In this document: in pieces, positions 16,406 to 19,105 of the stretch
Numbering within the stretch: the first letter of the stretch is position 1
How the letters are laid out: every line of letters starts with the position of its first letter
Assembly (NCBI GenBank): GCA_964426185.1
Contig: CAYRPF010000035.1
Location: 12,570 to 31,674, forward strand
DNA length: 19,105 nucleotides
Reading direction: 5' to 3'
Source of the DNA: an uncultured archaeon
GTDB taxonomy: Archaea > Asgardarchaeota > Lokiarchaeia > Sigyniarchaeales > Promethearchaeaceae
The notes under the pieces: generated by a model
Databases searched by the model: none
Seen by the model: only the letters and a program-made list of their open reading frames with translations
What the model was told of the DNA's origin: nothing
Position numbers and translations under genes: made by a program

Positions 16406-16999
16406 TTAATTTACTTTGGTTAACTTCTCATTTTGTTTCTTTTCATAAATGCGACGGGCAATAGTTTCAAATAAATTATCCACATTTTCTCCAGTCAGCG
16501 CCGAGGTCTCTACATAATCTGGTATTCCTAACTGTTCTTGCATGTATTGTATATGTGGGGTGGCTACCTTTCGTTCTTCCTTCAAATCAGATTTATTGCC
16601 AAAATACACCATCGGTAAAGAAGTTAACCCGTTTTTTACTAATTCCTTATGCCACTCTTTTGTATTGCTATATGTATGTGTCCGAGTTAAATCAAAACCT
16701 AATAAAACGCCGTTTGCACCGTTAAAATATACTTTATGAAGAAGAAAAAATTGAGGTTGACCGGCAAGATCCCAGAGCATTAAATTAATTTTTACTTCTT
16801 TTCCTTCGATTTCAAGATTGATAGGTTGCTTAGAGATTGAAACTCCAACGGTGGGAATATAATCTTTTTCAAATTGATATTTCACATATTTTCGGATAAG
16901 ACTTGTTTTACCTATAGCAGGATCCCCAACAACGATAATTTTATAGATAATTTCCCCCTCTTCACGTTCTTGCACAAAAATATCTTCCGAAGTACTCAA
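16406..16999 (-). CDS. Ras-superfamily small GTPase, Rab-like
   Basis: G1 GDPAIGKT, G2 YIPTVG, G3 WDLAGQ, G4 NKSD and G5 ETSAL. RabF-like segments are YFNGA and LGFDLT. The TTG start has a GGTGA RBS at 17006-17010. There is no C-terminal Cys. Confidence 0.95.
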   Translation of the reverse strand: MSTSEDIFVQEREEGEIIYKIIVVGDPAIGKTSLIRKYVKYQFEKDYIPTVGVSISKQPINLEIEGKEVKINLMLWDLAGQPQFFLLHKVYFNGANGVLLGFDLTRTHTYSNTKEWHKELVKNGLTSLPMVYFGNKSDLKEERKVATPHIQYMQEQLGIPDYVETSALTGENVDNLFETIARRIYEKKQNEKLTKVN

Positions 17000-17142
17000 C
17001 TAATATCACCAATTATATAATATGTGAGGGATGTTAATAATAATTTCATTAGTAAGGAAATCAAATCAACAAATTTTTAGCATACTACAGTCATTGGGTA
17101 ACTATACAGTTAACAAAGAAAAAGTTGGAGAAAATTGGATTT

Positions 17143-18504
17143 ATGACACCTAAATTATTACCCGAATCAATTGTACTCTATCTGGACTTATCTACTGGAA
17201 TTTTATCTAAAAAAATGTTACAAAAAGGAATCGAACAATTTGTTAAGGATAAAATTAAAAAAATCCCGAATTGTACCTTTAGCTGTTTTTATTTTCTTAA
17301 AGACACAACTCCATTTTTATCAGAAGAATTTAAAGATTTTAAGAGCATCAAGAATCAAATTAATAGTGATTGGAAGAATCGCGAATCTAGCCAAAGTAAT
17401 TTTGAAAATGGTTTATTTTATTGTTTAAGTTTTCTCGCCCAAAAAGCTGCACAGAAAGCAGGAAATTACCGTGTAATTGTCATTACGGACTCTCCCAGCC
17501 AGAAATCATCCGAATACGCTGAAGCACTTATGGAATTAGTGGAAACCGTCAAAAATTTTCCCACTTTTATTGATATCATTCGAGTCGGCGGTAAAGAACG
17601 ATATTCTGATGATGTTAAATTACGTATTATTTCCACTTTGACTTCTGGAGGTTTATTTTATGCTCAAAATGATAAAGATTTTCTGGGTAAATTTGTAGCT
17701 CTGGCTAAGAATAAAATTTTGCCTGATTTACGCGCTGAAGGTGGCCAAGAAATCGATCCGGAGAAGAAACTCTATTATGAAAATGTAGCCAAGATGTTAC
17801 AACCAGCTGAAGCAAATGTTGGCCCGTGTTTAATTTGTGGCAAAGATCTCTGTGAATATTGCACCTTACCTGAAGATAAATTGGTATGTCCTTTATGTAA
17901 TCAACCTTATCACGAATGCTGTGCTGCATTATATACTTGGAAGAAAAACATTGGTTTAAAACACATATTTCGCTGTGTCAATTGTGAAGGTTTAGTTAAA
18001 ATGAATGAACGGCGAGTATATGAGATTAACGGAGAACCTTATCCAGGAGATGAATCACCCCACTTGGAAGAAACGGCTGAATTAGAAGGAGAAGAAACAT
18101 GGAATCCAGAAACTGATATGACCACTTCATCTGAAGCTGAAGAACCAGCTAAAATTGAAGAAGAAAAATCTAAGGAAGAATCCGTGAAAGTGCCCGAAAC
18201 CTCCTCAAATGGTGAAGTTAAACAAATAGGAAAGGTTAAAGTTAAACGAGGATTGTTTGGATTTCAACCTATTGGCATGGCAGACGATGAAGAAGAATCT
18301 AATAAACCAGAATCAACTACAGCTGAAAAAGAGCAAGAACCAAAAATGACTGAAGAAGAAAAACTTGCCTTGGCTCGTAAAAAGTTGGCAGAACGTAGGA
18401 AAAAGAAGAAAGTAAAAAATGGGATACGTATTTGTAAAGTATGCTCTCATCACTTAAAGCCAGACGAGCGAATTTGTCCTAAATGTGGCTCTCCTGCCTT
18501 CTAA
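17143..18504 (+). CDS. vWA-domain protein with C4HC3 (PHD/RING-variant-like) zinc finger, acidic linker, basic patch and C-terminal zinc ribbon; likely start ATG 17143 (track start 17125)
   Basis: vWA strands IVLYLDLS, RVIVITDS, IDIIRVG and ISTLTSGGLFY. The finger is CLIC...CPLCNQPYHECC...CVNC with an extra CEYC. An E-rich region, RKKLAERRKKKK and CKVC...CPKCG follow. Confidence 0.82.
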   Translation: MTPKLLPESIVLYLDLSTGILSKKMLQKGIEQFVKDKIKKIPNCTFSCFYFLKDTTPFLSEEFKDFKSIKNQINSDWKNRESSQSNFENGLFYCLSFLAQKAAQKAGNYRVIVITDSPSQKSSEYAEALMELVETVKNFPTFIDIIRVGGKERYSDDVKLRIISTLTSGGLFYAQNDKDFLGKFVALAKNKILPDLRAEGGQEIDPEKKLYYENVAKMLQPAEANVGPCLICGKDLCEYCTLPEDKLVCPLCNQPYHECCAALYTWKKNIGLKHIFRCVNCEGLVKMNERRVYEINGEPYPGDESPHLEETAELEGEETWNPETDMTTSSEAEEPAKIEEEKSKEESVKVPETSSNGEVKQIGKVKVKRGLFGFQPIGMADDEEESNKPESTTAEKEQEPKMTEEEKLALARKKLAERRKKKKVKNGIRICKVCSHHLKPDERICPKCGSPAF

Positions 18505-18568
18505 TTTTTTTCCTTTAATTCAATTGACAATTATGAGATTTTTAAAATCATATGTATATTTTAATAAT

Positions 18569-18582
18569 GAAAAGTTTTTATG
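18569..18582 (+). promoter_or_regulatory. Putative BRE/TATA promoter upstream of the 86-aa gene
   Basis: GAAAAG-TTTTTATG: purine-rich BRE-like sequence followed by a TATA-like box. Confidence 0.35.
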
Positions 18583-18704
18583 GGCGAGTTTAGTAAGATA
18601 TTATGGATGACGAAATTTTTTCGATTTGATTGTTCTGAGCTTGATAGTCTTTTGAAAAACAGTATTTTCTTTTTAAAAATCTAATTCTTAGGTGAAAAAC
18701 AACA

Positions 18705-18965
18705 ATGACAGACAAATATAAGAAGCCTCGGAAAAACGTACATGCTGAATTAAATAAAAAACGACATGAAGATATTCAAAAATTGGCAGATCTCGATTTG
18801 GAAGATCGTGCAACGAAATATAATCATGAAAAAAATAGATATGAGAAAATTATTGAAAATAGAAAATTGTTAAAGAAGATGAGAGAAGAAGAGAAAAAAC
18901 ATAAATTGCATATAGGAAAGCGCAAACATATTGAAAAGCGTGCCATTGCTGAAGTAGAAGATTAA
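18705..18965 (+). CDS. Small, highly charged basic hypothetical protein (86 aa)
   Basis: ATG preceded by a strong AGGTGA RBS (18690-18695). The K/R/E/H-rich sequence is predicted to be helical. Confidence 0.75.
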   Translation: MTDKYKKPRKNVHAELNKKRHEDIQKLADLDLEDRATKYNHEKNRYEKIIENRKLLKKMREEEKKHKLHIGKRKHIEKRAIAEVED

Positions 18966-19105
18966 CTAAATACAATTATTGAAAAGAGGGATCTTATCTA
19001 TACAATATAAACTAATACCGAACAATCAAATTGATTTTTTCATGTTATCTATTTTTTCGTGACATTTTTTTATTTTCCTTCTCATATTGTATTTTTAATG
19101 AATAT

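Noticed and set aside
10802-17929. Other short antisense or nested ORFs (10802..11044, 11754..11939, 13290..13475, 15262..15510, 16542..16739, 17171..17428, 17705..17929)
   Set aside because: They overlap longer, better-supported genes and have no independent evidence.
18374-18420. RKKLAERRKKKKVK as a nuclear localisation signal
   Set aside because: The context is prokaryotic (RBS, no introns, operon-like spacing), so the polybasic helix is better read as a nucleic-acid, lipid or acidic-partner binding patch.

Overview
AT-rich prokaryotic window with archaeal-type expression signals (TATA boxes, GGTGA ribosome-binding sites, T-tract terminators). It carries eukaryotic-signature genes (actin-family protein, Rab-like small GTPase, vWA-zinc-finger protein, ankyrin and TPR solenoids), which strongly suggests an Asgard archaeon, probably Lokiarchaeia (inference). 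From left to right: (1) a minus-strand ankyrin-repeat gene of at least 430 codons with unusual 30-aa repeats, absent from the supplied ORF track because it runs off the window edge; (2) a minus-strand cluster of a single-Cys glycyl radical enzyme of unknown chemistry, its radical-SAM/ferredoxin activase and a tandem PNPOx-like protein, preceded by two phased palindromic operator-like sites; (3) a heterodimeric ABC exporter; (4) an ORFan and a TPR protein; (5) a motif-rich intergenic region and small ORFs; (6) an alpha/beta hydrolase; (7) a cluster of a catalytically divergent actin-related protein, a Rab-like GTPase and a divergent vWA-C4HC3 finger-zinc ribbon gene, flanked by two small unknown proteins. 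The best candidates for an undescribed system are the Arp/Rab/vWA-finger cluster and the GRE/activase/PNPOx-like cluster. No rRNA, tRNA, CRISPR array or mobile element was recognised.
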